Source of the DNA: Candidatus Nomurabacteria bacterium
Lineage (GTDB): Bacteria > Patescibacteriota > Minisyncoccia > Phycocordibacterales > UBA918
NCBI GenBank assembly: GCA_020632015.1
Contig: JACKGI010000002.1
Location: 27,121-91,120 of the forward strand
Direction: 5' to 3'
DNA: 64,000 bases
The notes under the pieces: generated by a model
The model's database searches: none
The model's input: only the letters and a program-made list of their open reading frames with translations
Told to the model about the DNA's origin: nothing
Program-made: the position numbers and the translations under genes
Part shown: positions 47,601-53,948 of the stretch, in pieces
How positions within the stretch are numbered: the stretch's first letter is position 1
How the letters are laid out: every line of letters begins with the position of its first letter

Positions 47601-47852
47601 ACTGGCTGTTCTGGTTCTGCTGTAAGCTGTTCTGGATACCACACAACTGACGCAACATTGGAAGGAGGGTCTGGTAGATTTGCGCCGACAGATTCATACG
47701 CTGCCTTAAGCACATCTCTTAGTGAGATTATGTATAGCTCAGTCCCTTCTGTTGATGTTGAGAACATAATTTACAGACTCAGGATAGGTGCCTTACAGCC
47801 AATTGGTGATTACACAACTACGATTACTTATATAGCCGTACCAGTCTTTTAA
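41670..47852 (+). CDS. Large (2,060-aa) secreted modular surface protein: BNR/sialidase-like propeller region, duplicated ~350-aa unit, four W-R-N-D-D..Y-C-F-R modules, C-terminal module shared with the 388-aa protein
   Basis: Uninterrupted 6.2-kb ORF. The alternative start at ATG 41709 gives MRKLVVMLLITTFVF..LLFQAFA/AEV. An Asp-box-like TTNGGTSWG lies near 41960. The repeats and the C-terminal ...GDYTTTITYIAVPVF are read from the translation. Confidence 0.9.
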   Translation: MFFLEHKKSGFLCMRKLVVMLLITTFVFTDFDTILDWPLLFQAFAAEVTIDDTPSTNGLSHTAVQPTTVFISDQVGYKFYRDGSGGGGTNGTCVYKKTTNGGTSWGTETIVDSQTDCEAIVVWYDKWTPGDAGSYIHIATMDSGDDDLWYNRLDTTSDTLLMGSNPTSTSLTQSAMSITAATANHSMTKGTDGTLYMSISDNTDRFVVSCSSGCGTGSNWTEVGDGTFMDLDEDITLLLPLDGGNILLINRDISANDIRSKVWNGSSWSASWSTVDANAVESGAYDIQMSAVRSPVTGDIYLAYIADANNFTVADHDIRLAKYSGGSWSNLPDLITDDTRGLTSISLTVDENTDTVYVAYSARTTLATADSANVYWATSTSAMTSWGAEQGPVNTSSGNFYGVSFNYSSVQRLYVTWFGAVVDDLFGETIADVAPATTVDVSGTQETEVRASTTDFYVGGKFVITEESASRNVTDIVITENGSVDASTGLNNIKLRYDLDTSSPYDCASESYGGGESQFGSTDTNGFSGADGTSAFSGSVSVSPTQAMCVYVVMDVLKEAADSSDIEIEIANPSTDVLVSGGVTAIPETVKLISGTTNVVDSDLTQTHFHWRNDDGNETGATSRTAGVEDVPLLALQQEVPRRLRFGVSNEGSTSSLPTTLRLEYALNTSSCDLATGWTDVDAVNDDWNMYDSTFVTDGTDTTDIGIGIGGVSNENSVLLSPNGGQKDTSSTVGPLTLLPTNWVETEFSIVASTSATEGNTYCFRLTNNGEELPVYTNYPRATIAADVKVSATSSQISTVDIPTPDFYVGGKFSIIENESSRNVTSITITENGTVDGTTGVENIRLFYDLDTSFPYDCASENYVGGEAQFGTASSSFSSANGSSTFTGSVAITTTQAMCVYTVLDVTSSANNGETLDISINSGSQDVLVSGGGSVGPLTALDITGSTTLAGGIVTLTNYHWRNDDGTETGATSATGGSEDTPLTDFSIGSPIRLRIGLSNEGGTSSVPQRYGLEYGIKSSTCEDIAVWTDADGGGVSWSMHDSGFLTNGEDTTDIAEVNGGVSDPNSSFLSSNGGVRDTESFSATTTLTETEYVDLEYSITSTFDTPYESTYCFRVTQNGSPLLQYDVYPEISIEAKRDFKIQRGTTTVSGTSGVTLTAGVDYVAPSASTSAFVRITNAHHTGAGKDTLGGNQNSDDYTVYILNPGNIETSFTLMRDTDSINNSYVAWEIIEYVGPVGGDNEIIVRDQSVVSYSNSQLVATGTAVSGVVDDNDVVVFITGQMHNGGNRSESFAQQSTSFWASTSSEPVFTRGATGNNSGNVSYSVVEFTGLNWKIQRVEHLFTAVGTTQTENITAVNSLSRTFIHTQKRYDGAISLADYGHDVWLSSIGAVSFFLEPSATTTGVNHYSVAWVVENTQTSAGQMVVQRSNGNTIAGGPEPVAISVPITTHVNATNNASIFLMTSLDSTGNQFPRVLMGATIVSTSTYQIWRSESANSASYRTEIVQWPAADLAVRQNYYRFYVDNDALLPTDPWPAGATDLGENTSVGALDEPLADGDVVRIRMSAKVTNATLPAGLLETKLQYALRDTTCSAVTVWSDVGSPASGEIWRGYDASGVTDGDSLSGNPPTGGDLLISISDRAGRYTETGPSAANQYAVYDGEDIEYDWIIEQNGASQRKTYCFRMVKSDDTQLDGYFHYPEIRTEGFTPVVDSWRWYDDETNETPTTALAAENIAPTNVSKGNAVKLRVTLDEIKNLSQINARFKLQFAEEADFSDVQDVVASTSCIASSVWCYYDGAGIDNDVITSSVLSGSDSCVAGVGAGCGTYNESSEYYNGFTHGASNDTEYEFTLVYTNVTGKFGKVYYFRLYDIANDEVVVASSTNPTLAGESTSLVFSVDGVDANTTIAGIVTDATTTATSLDFGLLPFDTDVEVAQEITVNTNATEGYQVYKYVDQQLLNSYSDQIQPITGTNAVPVSWGTGCSGSAVSCSGYHTTDATLEGGSGRFAPTDSYAALSTSLSEIMYSSVPSVDVENIIYRLRIGALQPIGDYTTTITYIAVPVF
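42970..45075 (+). repeat. In-frame tandem duplication (~1,053-bp period, two copies) inside the 2,060-aa gene
   Basis: DFYVGGKF(V/S)I.E..SSRNVT.I.ITENG.VD..TG..NI.L.YDLDTS.PYDCASE.Y.GGE.QFG is followed by (T/N)(H/Y)(F/Y)HWRNDDG.ETGA...YCFR(L/V)T.NG. GATTTTTATGTTGG starts at 43032 and again at 44085. DNA identity is roughly 70% by eye in the best-conserved stretch. Confidence 0.75.
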
Positions 47853-47853
47853 A

Positions 47854-47862
47854 TGTTATTAT
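47854..47862 (+). promoter_or_regulatory. Candidate extended -10 element (TGTTATTAT) 6 nt upstream of GTG 47869
   Basis: TGN + TATTAT at 47854-47862, in the 16-nt gap after the 2,060-aa gene's stop. There is no SD. It could equally be chance in AT-rich sequence, with the gene co-transcribed. Confidence 0.25.
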
Positions 47863-47868
47863 ATTTTT

Positions 47869-48885
47869 GTGAAAAGAAACTTATTTAGAAATCTTTTAAT
47901 CCTGACAGCAATTTTTTTGCCTGCATCACTTACCTTTGCTGGCGAATTTACAGTCAGACCGTTTCTGATTGATGTCACAGCAGAACCGAGAGAAACGATA
48001 ACTGAAACAGTCCAACTTACTAATGATAGTGAGTATAGAAAGTATGTTGTCTATGCAACAGTAAATGAAATATCGGTTGATAAAGAAGGAGAAATTAAAG
48101 AATTTGTCTCTCCAGTGATGACTGACAGAACAAACACTGTAACTAGTTGGATAGAAGTAAAGAGGGGGAGGATTGAAATTGAACCAGGCCAAAAGGCAGA
48201 AATTCCTGTGGTTCTTAGGGTCAATCCTTTTGCAGAGCCAGGCGAATATCATGCTTTTATCGGTTTTGTGCCGGCGCCAAATAGGCCAAAGGCAGAAAGT
48301 ATTGCGATGTCTGGAGAAGCAGATGGGGTAGTTATTAAGATTACTGTTGAGGATAAGAGGGAAGACAGTATGAAGATTTCAGGCTTCATAATAAATCGTT
48401 TTATAACAGATGATAGTAAGCGTGAGGTCGATGTGGTGATTGAAAATACTGGCGATCTCCCATCAGCACCAATGGGAGAAATCATATTCTATGATTCAAC
48501 AGGAGTTGAAATTGATTCGGCCCCTTTCAATTCTGACGGTGTGGTTATTGCTCCAGGAGAAACTGCTACTCTAAAAGGGTTTGTGCCTGTCGACAAGACG
48601 CTTGGGCGATTTAAAGCGAACCTTTCCCTTAAGTACGGCGAGAATCAAAGAGCATCACTGTACGACACTACAACATTTTTTCTGATGCCTCTAAACTTAC
48701 TATTACTGATATTCGGTGGTATTTTATTAGGAGCGATTATTGTTGCGTTGTTATTTAGAAAAGCATTCATTACGCCGAATACAGATGCAGATGATGGTGA
48801 CGCTGTTACAATGTATGTAAAAGAAGGTCACGAACCAAACCCACAAGATCATGATATCGACCTTAAAAACGTTAATAAAGAGTAG
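47869..48885 (+). CDS. Membrane-anchored double beta-sandwich protein (paralog of 31784..32749); DUF916/DUF3324-like architecture
   Basis: GTG start. Signal peptide LLILTAIFLPASLTFA/GE. Motifs SWIEVKRGRIEIEPGQKAEIPVVLRVNPFAEPGEYHAFIGF and VVIENTGDLPSAPMGEIIFYD. C-terminal TM LLLLIFGGILLGAIIVALLF is followed by a charged tail. Confidence 0.8.
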   Translation: MKRNLFRNLLILTAIFLPASLTFAGEFTVRPFLIDVTAEPRETITETVQLTNDSEYRKYVVYATVNEISVDKEGEIKEFVSPVMTDRTNTVTSWIEVKRGRIEIEPGQKAEIPVVLRVNPFAEPGEYHAFIGFVPAPNRPKAESIAMSGEADGVVIKITVEDKREDSMKISGFIINRFITDDSKREVDVVIENTGDLPSAPMGEIIFYDSTGVEIDSAPFNSDGVVIAPGETATLKGFVPVDKTLGRFKANLSLKYGENQRASLYDTTTFFLMPLNLLLLIFGGILLGAIIVALLFRKAFITPNTDADDGDAVTMYVKEGHEPNPQDHDIDLKNVNKE

Positions 48886-50485
48886 GCCTCTTCAAGCGGG
48901 GTTAGTCCTTTTTTCTATATTTATTTTTTCATATCAGTCTGTCTCTGCACAGTCAGCTCTTTCACTGAGTGTATCCCCAACAATTTTTGACATGTCTGCA
49001 AACCCGACTCAGAACTGGACAAGTTTTGTAAGAGTGATTAATCCTAATCCGTACGAAATAAGGGTCTATGCAAATGTTGTGAACTTCGCGCCTCAAGGTG
49101 AATTAGGGCAGGGTAAATTTGTCCCTTTAATTGAAGAAGAATCTAAAGGAAAAACTATAGCGGAATGGATAGACGTGACAGCAGATGAAATTGTTATCCC
49201 TCCGGAGCAAACTATAGAAGTGCCTTTTATTGTAAACGTACCTGAAGATGCTCCTCCGGGAGGTCACTTTGCCGCGCTACTAATCGGCACTAAGCCACCA
49301 AAGGAAGATAAACAAACTCAGGTTATTACCTCTCAAATCGTTACCACTCTTTTGTTCCTGCGTGTAACTGGAGACATAGATGAGTCGGGAAATATTCGCT
49401 CATTTAGAACGACAAAGAAAATTTTAGAACAACCGCAAGCTACTTTTGAGCTTAGGTTTGAGAACACAGGGAATGTTCATATCCTCCCGCAGGGTGAGAT
49501 AAGAATTACAAATATGTGGGGTCAAGAAAGAGGCGTTATCCCTATTAATAGATCATCGCTGTATGGCAATGTTTTGCCAGATAGTGTCAGAAAATATGAT
49601 TTCACTTGGACAGGTGAATGGTCACCTTCAGATGTTGGGAGATATACAGCTATAGCAAGTCTAGCCTATGGAGAAGACGGAAGGAAATTTTCGTCTAGCG
49701 AAGTTACTTTTTGGGTTATTCCATGGAAGATATTATTGTCTGTTCTACTGGTCTTGGTAGGATTCGGATTATTGTTTACTTGGGCAGTTAAGCTGTATAT
49801 CAAAAAGATGCTTCTTATGGCCGGGGTGTCACAGAATTTAGGAGCGAAGCCCCTTGTTTCAGTCAAGACAAAGCGGAGAGTTTCAGTAGTTGCACCGATT
49901 GAGGAAGGAATGCTAGACCTTCGAGAACAGTGGCAGGAAACATCAAGTCTAAGAGAAAGGGTCAGCACACTTACATCATTTGTTGGAACATATAAAGTAT
50001 TTTTTGGAGTGGTATTCCTAGTAATTCTGTTTATAACACTCATTTTTGCTTATATTCAGTCTGCCTCTGTGTCAGAGAGGGCGTACGACGTTACTTTCGA
50101 TGGTTTAAGTGAAGAAGTGAAGATTTCTTCTGAGGATGTAAAGTATCAAGAGCTTAAAGAGCAGTCTGTTTATGATGCTAGTACTGAGCCAGATTTGTCA
50201 CTACCGAAAATTCAAATAGTAAACAGAAGTGGGGTAAGTGGTCTAGCTGCCGACTTAAGGTTGAAGCTTGAATCTGATGGTTATCAAGTCATCGGCATAG
50301 AAAATGATTTAGGTTCAGCAGAAAAAAATACTGTTATTGTCTATGATCCCGAGTTGTCAGAAGAAGCATTAGTTCTAAGTCAAAAAGTTTACGGAGCACT
50401 ATTGTCTGCCTTTTCTGATGAGACTGATAGCGAAGCACTGATAACTATATATGTAGGCGAAGATCTTCAAAATGCTGTACAATAA
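48851..50485 (+). CDS. Double beta-sandwich protein + TM segments + C-terminal LytR_C-like domain
   Basis: ATG at 48851 overlaps the previous gene by 35 nt; no later start precedes the signal peptide LVLFSIFIFSYQSVSA/QS. Motifs EWIDVTADEIVIPPEQTIEVPFIVNVPEDAPPGGHFAALLI and LRFENTGNVHILPQGEIRITN. TM helices lie near aa 295-315 and 370-395. The C-terminal KIQIVNRSGVSGLAADLRLKLESDGYQV...TVIVYD...ITIYVGEDL (about 50208-50470) matches the LytR_C pattern. Confidence 0.8.
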   Translation: MISTLKTLIKSRPLQAGLVLFSIFIFSYQSVSAQSALSLSVSPTIFDMSANPTQNWTSFVRVINPNPYEIRVYANVVNFAPQGELGQGKFVPLIEEESKGKTIAEWIDVTADEIVIPPEQTIEVPFIVNVPEDAPPGGHFAALLIGTKPPKEDKQTQVITSQIVTTLLFLRVTGDIDESGNIRSFRTTKKILEQPQATFELRFENTGNVHILPQGEIRITNMWGQERGVIPINRSSLYGNVLPDSVRKYDFTWTGEWSPSDVGRYTAIASLAYGEDGRKFSSSEVTFWVIPWKILLSVLLVLVGFGLLFTWAVKLYIKKMLLMAGVSQNLGAKPLVSVKTKRRVSVVAPIEEGMLDLREQWQETSSLRERVSTLTSFVGTYKVFFGVVFLVILFITLIFAYIQSASVSERAYDVTFDGLSEEVKISSEDVKYQELKEQSVYDASTEPDLSLPKIQIVNRSGVSGLAADLRLKLESDGYQVIGIENDLGSAEKNTVIVYDPELSEEALVLSQKVYGALLSAFSDETDSEALITIYVGEDLQNAVQ

Positions 50486-50515
50486 GTAGCGAAGTTACTC
50501 GTAACTAAATTTTGT

Positions 50516-50995
50516 ATGAGTCAAAAATCTATAATCTTAACCGTTGTACTATTTGCATTGTTGATAGTGGGGATGTTCATTTATGCGCACCTAAAAAGCT
50601 CTGAGTTGGAGGTAGTTACAGTCACTCCATCGCAGGAGGAAGAAGCACCTGTGCTTTATCCTGATATCACTAGAGTCGACGCTAAACACTTCAACATAGA
50701 TGGTAAGCACACATTTGTTGGAGAAATAGTGTTTCCTTCACCTTGTGATTTGTTAGAAACTGATGCAATTGTTATGGAATCTTATCCAGAGCAAGTCATT
50801 CTTGATTTTTCCGTCATTAATAATTCAGACTCTTGTGTCGAGATACCAACTGCTCAAAGGTTCAAGATTGATGTCGTTGCTTCTGAGAACGCAAGTTTTA
50901 AAGCGAGGTTTATGGGTAGGGATATTGAGCTCAATCTAATACCTGCAGCTGAAGGTGAATTCCCAGATGATTTTGAAATATTCATAAAAGGATAG
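50516..50995 (+). CDS. Hypothetical N-terminally anchored small protein
   Basis: 159-aa ORF with TM IILTVVLFALLIVGMFIY, then a beta-type domain with two Cys. I recognised no family. Confidence 0.6.
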   Translation: MSQKSIILTVVLFALLIVGMFIYAHLKSSELEVVTVTPSQEEEAPVLYPDITRVDAKHFNIDGKHTFVGEIVFPSPCDLLETDAIVMESYPEQVILDFSVINNSDSCVEIPTAQRFKIDVVASENASFKARFMGRDIELNLIPAAEGEFPDDFEIFIKG

Positions 50996-50996
50996 C

Positions 50997-51557
50997 GTGG
51001 ATTTCGTAAAAGAACACAAGATAATATTTGGTTTTATTTTTGTAGTCATCCTAGCTTCAGGTATTTATACGTGGAGCGTCATCTCCAAGAATAGAAACGC
51101 AACTACAGAAATTAGCCCAGCTATGCGCTCATTGTCTGTTTCTGGTGACGACACGCCTTATACGGACTTAAATGGAAACTCAGTGTCGCTGTCTGATTTT
51201 GTTGGTCAGGTTCTAGTGGTTAATTCATGGGCAAGTTGGAGTCCTGCATCGGTAAATGAACTAAAAACCTTGTCAGTGATTACAAACGAATATAAAGACA
51301 GTTCAGTAAAAGTGATAGCTATTAATCGAGGAGAACCGGCTAATACGGCAAAGTCATTTCTACAAACCTATAGTATTAGTGAGGATGTAATGCTTGTACT
51401 TGATTATGACGATAGGTATTTTGCTTCGATTGGTGGATATAACATGCCTGAAACTGTGGTGTATGACACAAAAGGAAATATCTTCCATCACGAAAGAGGA
51501 GCCATGTCTGAATCAAAATTAAGAAGAATCATTTCGCAAGCAATGGCAATACAGTAG
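50997..51557 (+). CDS. Membrane-anchored thioredoxin-fold protein of TlpA/ResA type lacking both active-site cysteines
   Basis: GTG start 1 nt after the previous stop, preceded by AAAGGA. TM IIFGFIFVVILASGIY. VLVVNSWASWSPASVNELK aligns with the F-W-x-x-W-C-x-x-C-x-x-E motif of TlpA/ResA proteins but reads W-S-P-A-S. The protein contains no Cys at all. Confidence 0.7.
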   Translation: MDFVKEHKIIFGFIFVVILASGIYTWSVISKNRNATTEISPAMRSLSVSGDDTPYTDLNGNSVSLSDFVGQVLVVNSWASWSPASVNELKTLSVITNEYKDSSVKVIAINRGEPANTAKSFLQTYSISEDVMLVLDYDDRYFASIGGYNMPETVVYDTKGNIFHHERGAMSESKLRRIISQAMAIQ

Positions 51558-51579
51558 AAACTTTTTTTTTAAGATTCTG

Positions 51580-51588
51580 TGTTATAAT
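51580..51588 (+). promoter_or_regulatory. Candidate extended -10 promoter (TGTTATAAT)
   Basis: TGN + consensus TATAAT at 51580-51588, after a T9 run. It lies ~250 nt upstream of the strong terminator at 51839-51866. Confidence 0.4.
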
Positions 51589-51596
51589 AAAAAAAG

Positions 51597-51833
51597 GTGG
51601 TAGTCACTAATGCGATTGGGCCCGAAATCAGTTGGGACTTCTCCGTCGAAGAGAAGCTCCAGTCGCAATTGAAAACTATGCGTAATGCACTAGGACTACT
51701 GATAGTTCTTTGGGGACTATCTAAATTTTTTACAACATCTTTCACGGCACTAGATGATGCTGCGAGAGAATCATTGAAGCTTATTGAAGTCACTGCGGTG
51801 GCATCACAACAGCAAATCAAAGAAAAGATTTAG
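51597..51833 (+). CDS. Hypothetical small membrane protein (78 aa from GTG 51597, or 51 aa from ATG 51678); could instead be a small RNA
   Basis: The ORF fills the promoter-to-terminator interval and stops 5 nt before the terminator stem. It has one hydrophobic segment, ALGLLIVLWGLSKFF. It has no clear SD and I recognised no homology. Confidence 0.35.
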   Translation: MVVTNAIGPEISWDFSVEEKLQSQLKTMRNALGLLIVLWGLSKFFTTSFTALDDAARESLKLIEVTAVASQQQIKEKI

Positions 51834-51838
51834 AAATC

Positions 51839-51866
51839 GGGTCAAGCTATAAGCTTGACCCTTTTT
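51839..51866 (+). terminator. Rho-independent terminator
   Basis: GGGTCAAGCT (51839-51848) / AGCTTGACCC (51852-51861) form a perfect 10-bp GC-rich stem with a 3-nt loop, followed by TTTTT. Confidence 0.85.
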
Positions 51867-51898
51867 GCTTATTGGTTGGATAATGTATACTTAGGCTT

Positions 51899-52951
51899 AT
51901 GAAATTGGGAAGAATTGTAGAGTATGTATTCTTTTTTGGATTGTTACTATTGGCTGGTTACATGGTTTGGTTAATCATGGCCCCGTTTCTAACTGCCTTA
52001 GCCTTATCAGTGATTATTGTAACTATTTGCCACCCACTCTATCTCAGACTGAAAAAAGCAATGCCAAGAAAGAACAAATCCTTGGCAGCTGTGGCTGCAA
52101 CCCTGGTTGTCTTGACTGTGATTGTTTTACCTTTGGTACTAATGTCGTCACTTGTTGTCCATGAAATCGTTACATTCTATCAAGAACTAGGTAGTGGTGA
52201 AGGTGGTATCCAAACTCAAATCGACAAAGTAGAAATGACGCTTCAGGCATTGATCCCAGGCTTTAATATTGATCTAGCTTCACAGTTAGAATCAGGTGCA
52301 AAATGGCTTACTGGGAACTTGGGCGCTATTTTCGCAGGCACACTTTCGACACTGTTTATATTCTTTATTGCGCTCATTGGATCATTCTATTTCTTTAGAG
52401 ATGGTAACGAACTCTTACAGCTTGTAATTAAAGCAAGCCCACTTCCAGATAATGAAGATAGAATCATCCTAAATCGTCTTGCGAGAGCTGTTCGTGCTGT
52501 GGCTACTGGTACAGTTCTAGTGGCTATTATTCAAGGGTCGCTAGTGGCGATTGGGTTCACTATTTTTGGTATTGAAAGAGCTGTACTATGGGGTTCATTT
52601 GCTTCTTTGGGAGCCTTGATTCCAGGTATTGGTACAACTATCGTCACAGTGCCCGCAATCGTTTATCTCTTTTTTACAGGTCAAATGTTCAGCGCAATTG
52701 GACTTTTGGTTTGGTCAGTTCTAATTGTCGGTCTGGTAGATAACTTTATTGGCCCGTATTTGATTAGTAGAGGAAACAACTTACACCCATTTATTATTCT
52801 TATTTCCGTACTTGGCGGTATATCCTTAATGGGACCAATTGGTTTCGTGATTGGACCAGTTATTGTAACTCTTTTTGTCGTTTTGTTGGAAATTTATAAT
52901 CAGTATATTGTGAAGGAAGAATCGATTGAAAATGTAGAAGATGATATATGA
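51899..52951 (+). CDS. AI-2E family (PerM/UPF0118-type) integral membrane transporter
   Basis: 350 aa with ~8 hydrophobic helices. It shows the typical layout of a family-like FYFFRDG after TM3-4, a central hydrophilic loop and a Gly-rich C-terminal helix cluster. TATACT at 51886-51891 lies 7 nt before the ATG. Confidence 0.75.
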   Translation: MKLGRIVEYVFFFGLLLLAGYMVWLIMAPFLTALALSVIIVTICHPLYLRLKKAMPRKNKSLAAVAATLVVLTVIVLPLVLMSSLVVHEIVTFYQELGSGEGGIQTQIDKVEMTLQALIPGFNIDLASQLESGAKWLTGNLGAIFAGTLSTLFIFFIALIGSFYFFRDGNELLQLVIKASPLPDNEDRIILNRLARAVRAVATGTVLVAIIQGSLVAIGFTIFGIERAVLWGSFASLGALIPGIGTTIVTVPAIVYLFFTGQMFSAIGLLVWSVLIVGLVDNFIGPYLISRGNNLHPFIILISVLGGISLMGPIGFVIGPVIVTLFVVLLEIYNQYIVKEESIENVEDDI

Positions 52952-53349
52952 TGAATAAGAATCAAATTGAGACAATCCTAAAAATAAACGGAGCTTCTGT
53001 AAGCTCGCCCGATGAAGTAATTCGTTCGGTTTTATTGAGTGCGAGATACAAAAAGGACGAAGTGGACACTGCTATCATGGTTCTTAGAGAAAATACCAAG
53101 ACTAATAAAACCAGAGTAGAAGGCCTCCACAAAATCTTTAGGACAGATGAAACTCTAAAGCCAAACGAAATATCTCAGTTATTAGGTATTGATGTAAGTA
53201 TCAACGAAAAGGTTGAGCCAAAGAGTAAAGCGCGTGAAATTAACGGCTTTCAATTTGTTTTAATTTGGGTATTGTCAGTCGTTTGCGCCGTTGTTGGAGT
53301 TTTAATTTATATGTACTTACACAAGGTCGGGTTATTCTTTCAAGCCTAA
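52948..53349 (+). CDS. Hypothetical tail-anchored membrane protein
   Basis: The ATG overlaps the previous stop (ATATGATG). 133 aa with a single C-terminal TM, FVLIWVLSVVCAVVGVLIYMY. I recognised no family. Confidence 0.6.
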   Translation: MMNKNQIETILKINGASVSSPDEVIRSVLLSARYKKDEVDTAIMVLRENTKTNKTRVEGLHKIFRTDETLKPNEISQLLGIDVSINEKVEPKSKAREINGFQFVLIWVLSVVCAVVGVLIYMYLHKVGLFFQA

Positions 53350-53401
53350 ATTTGTTGCAGTATCACTAAAAATAGCTATTATAAGCTTATAAATCATTAA
53401 T

Positions 53402-53947
53402 ATGTTTAATAAATTTGAATTAATAGGAGCTGGAGTTAGTGTTTTCTTTATGGCGCTAGCAATATATCTAGTCCAAGTTGAAACAACACTGTTTCAGTCA
53501 GGAAAGGCTGGTCAATCTGCGCAAGTTATTGAATCTGCGGTACCGGATGTGGTTATTGTGTCTGAGTCCGATGAAAAAACTAGAGCAGGAGCTTACTTAC
53601 AAGCAGTTGATAAGAAGGGTAATTTCAATAGTATGGTTATAGACGATATTAAATTAGGTACTGGTGATGCAGTAAAGGAAGGAGATACAGTAGCTGTGCA
53701 CTACGTAGGAAACTTGCAAGGAGGGGCTGAGTTTGATAACTCAAGAAAACGAGGAACCCCTTTTGAGTTTACAGTCGGAAAGGGAATGGTGATAGAAGGC
53801 TGGGATAAAGGTCTAGTTGGGATGCAAGTTGGCGGACAAAGAGCGTTGGTTATTCCACCTGAAATGGCATATGGTGAGCAAGGAATAGGACCAATACCTC
53901 CAAATTCAACCCTTGTCTTCATGATTGAACTAGTTGAGATTAAGTAA
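53402..53947 (+). CDS. FKBP-type peptidyl-prolyl cis-trans isomerase with an N-terminal membrane anchor
   Basis: TM LIGAGVSVFFMALAIYLV. FKBP core VAVHYVGNLQGGAEFDNSRKRGTPFEFTVGKGMVIEGWDKGLVGMQVGGQRALVIPPEMAYG...IPPNSTLVFMIELVEI. Confidence 0.9.
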   Translation: MFNKFELIGAGVSVFFMALAIYLVQVETTLFQSGKAGQSAQVIESAVPDVVIVSESDEKTRAGAYLQAVDKKGNFNSMVIDDIKLGTGDAVKEGDTVAVHYVGNLQGGAEFDNSRKRGTPFEFTVGKGMVIEGWDKGLVGMQVGGQRALVIPPEMAYGEQGIGPIPPNSTLVFMIELVEIK

Positions 53948-53948
53948 A

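Noticed and set aside
1068-47852. Sortase-anchored (LPXTG) or DGR-diversified surface proteins
   Set aside because: I saw no LPXTG-type motif followed by a TM/basic tail at the C-termini of the large proteins. No sortase, reverse transcriptase or template/variable repeat pair is visible in the window.
51569-51820. 83-aa minus-strand ORF in the small promoter-terminator unit
   Set aside because: The promoter-like and terminator elements are oriented for the + strand, and the minus-strand ORF has no start context. I kept only the + strand reading, itself at low confidence.
53934-53948. TTG start extending tgt by 5 codons
   Set aside because: It would overlap the FKBP gene's end. ATG 53949 follows the stop by 1 nt, and the conserved Tgt N-terminus begins shortly after it.
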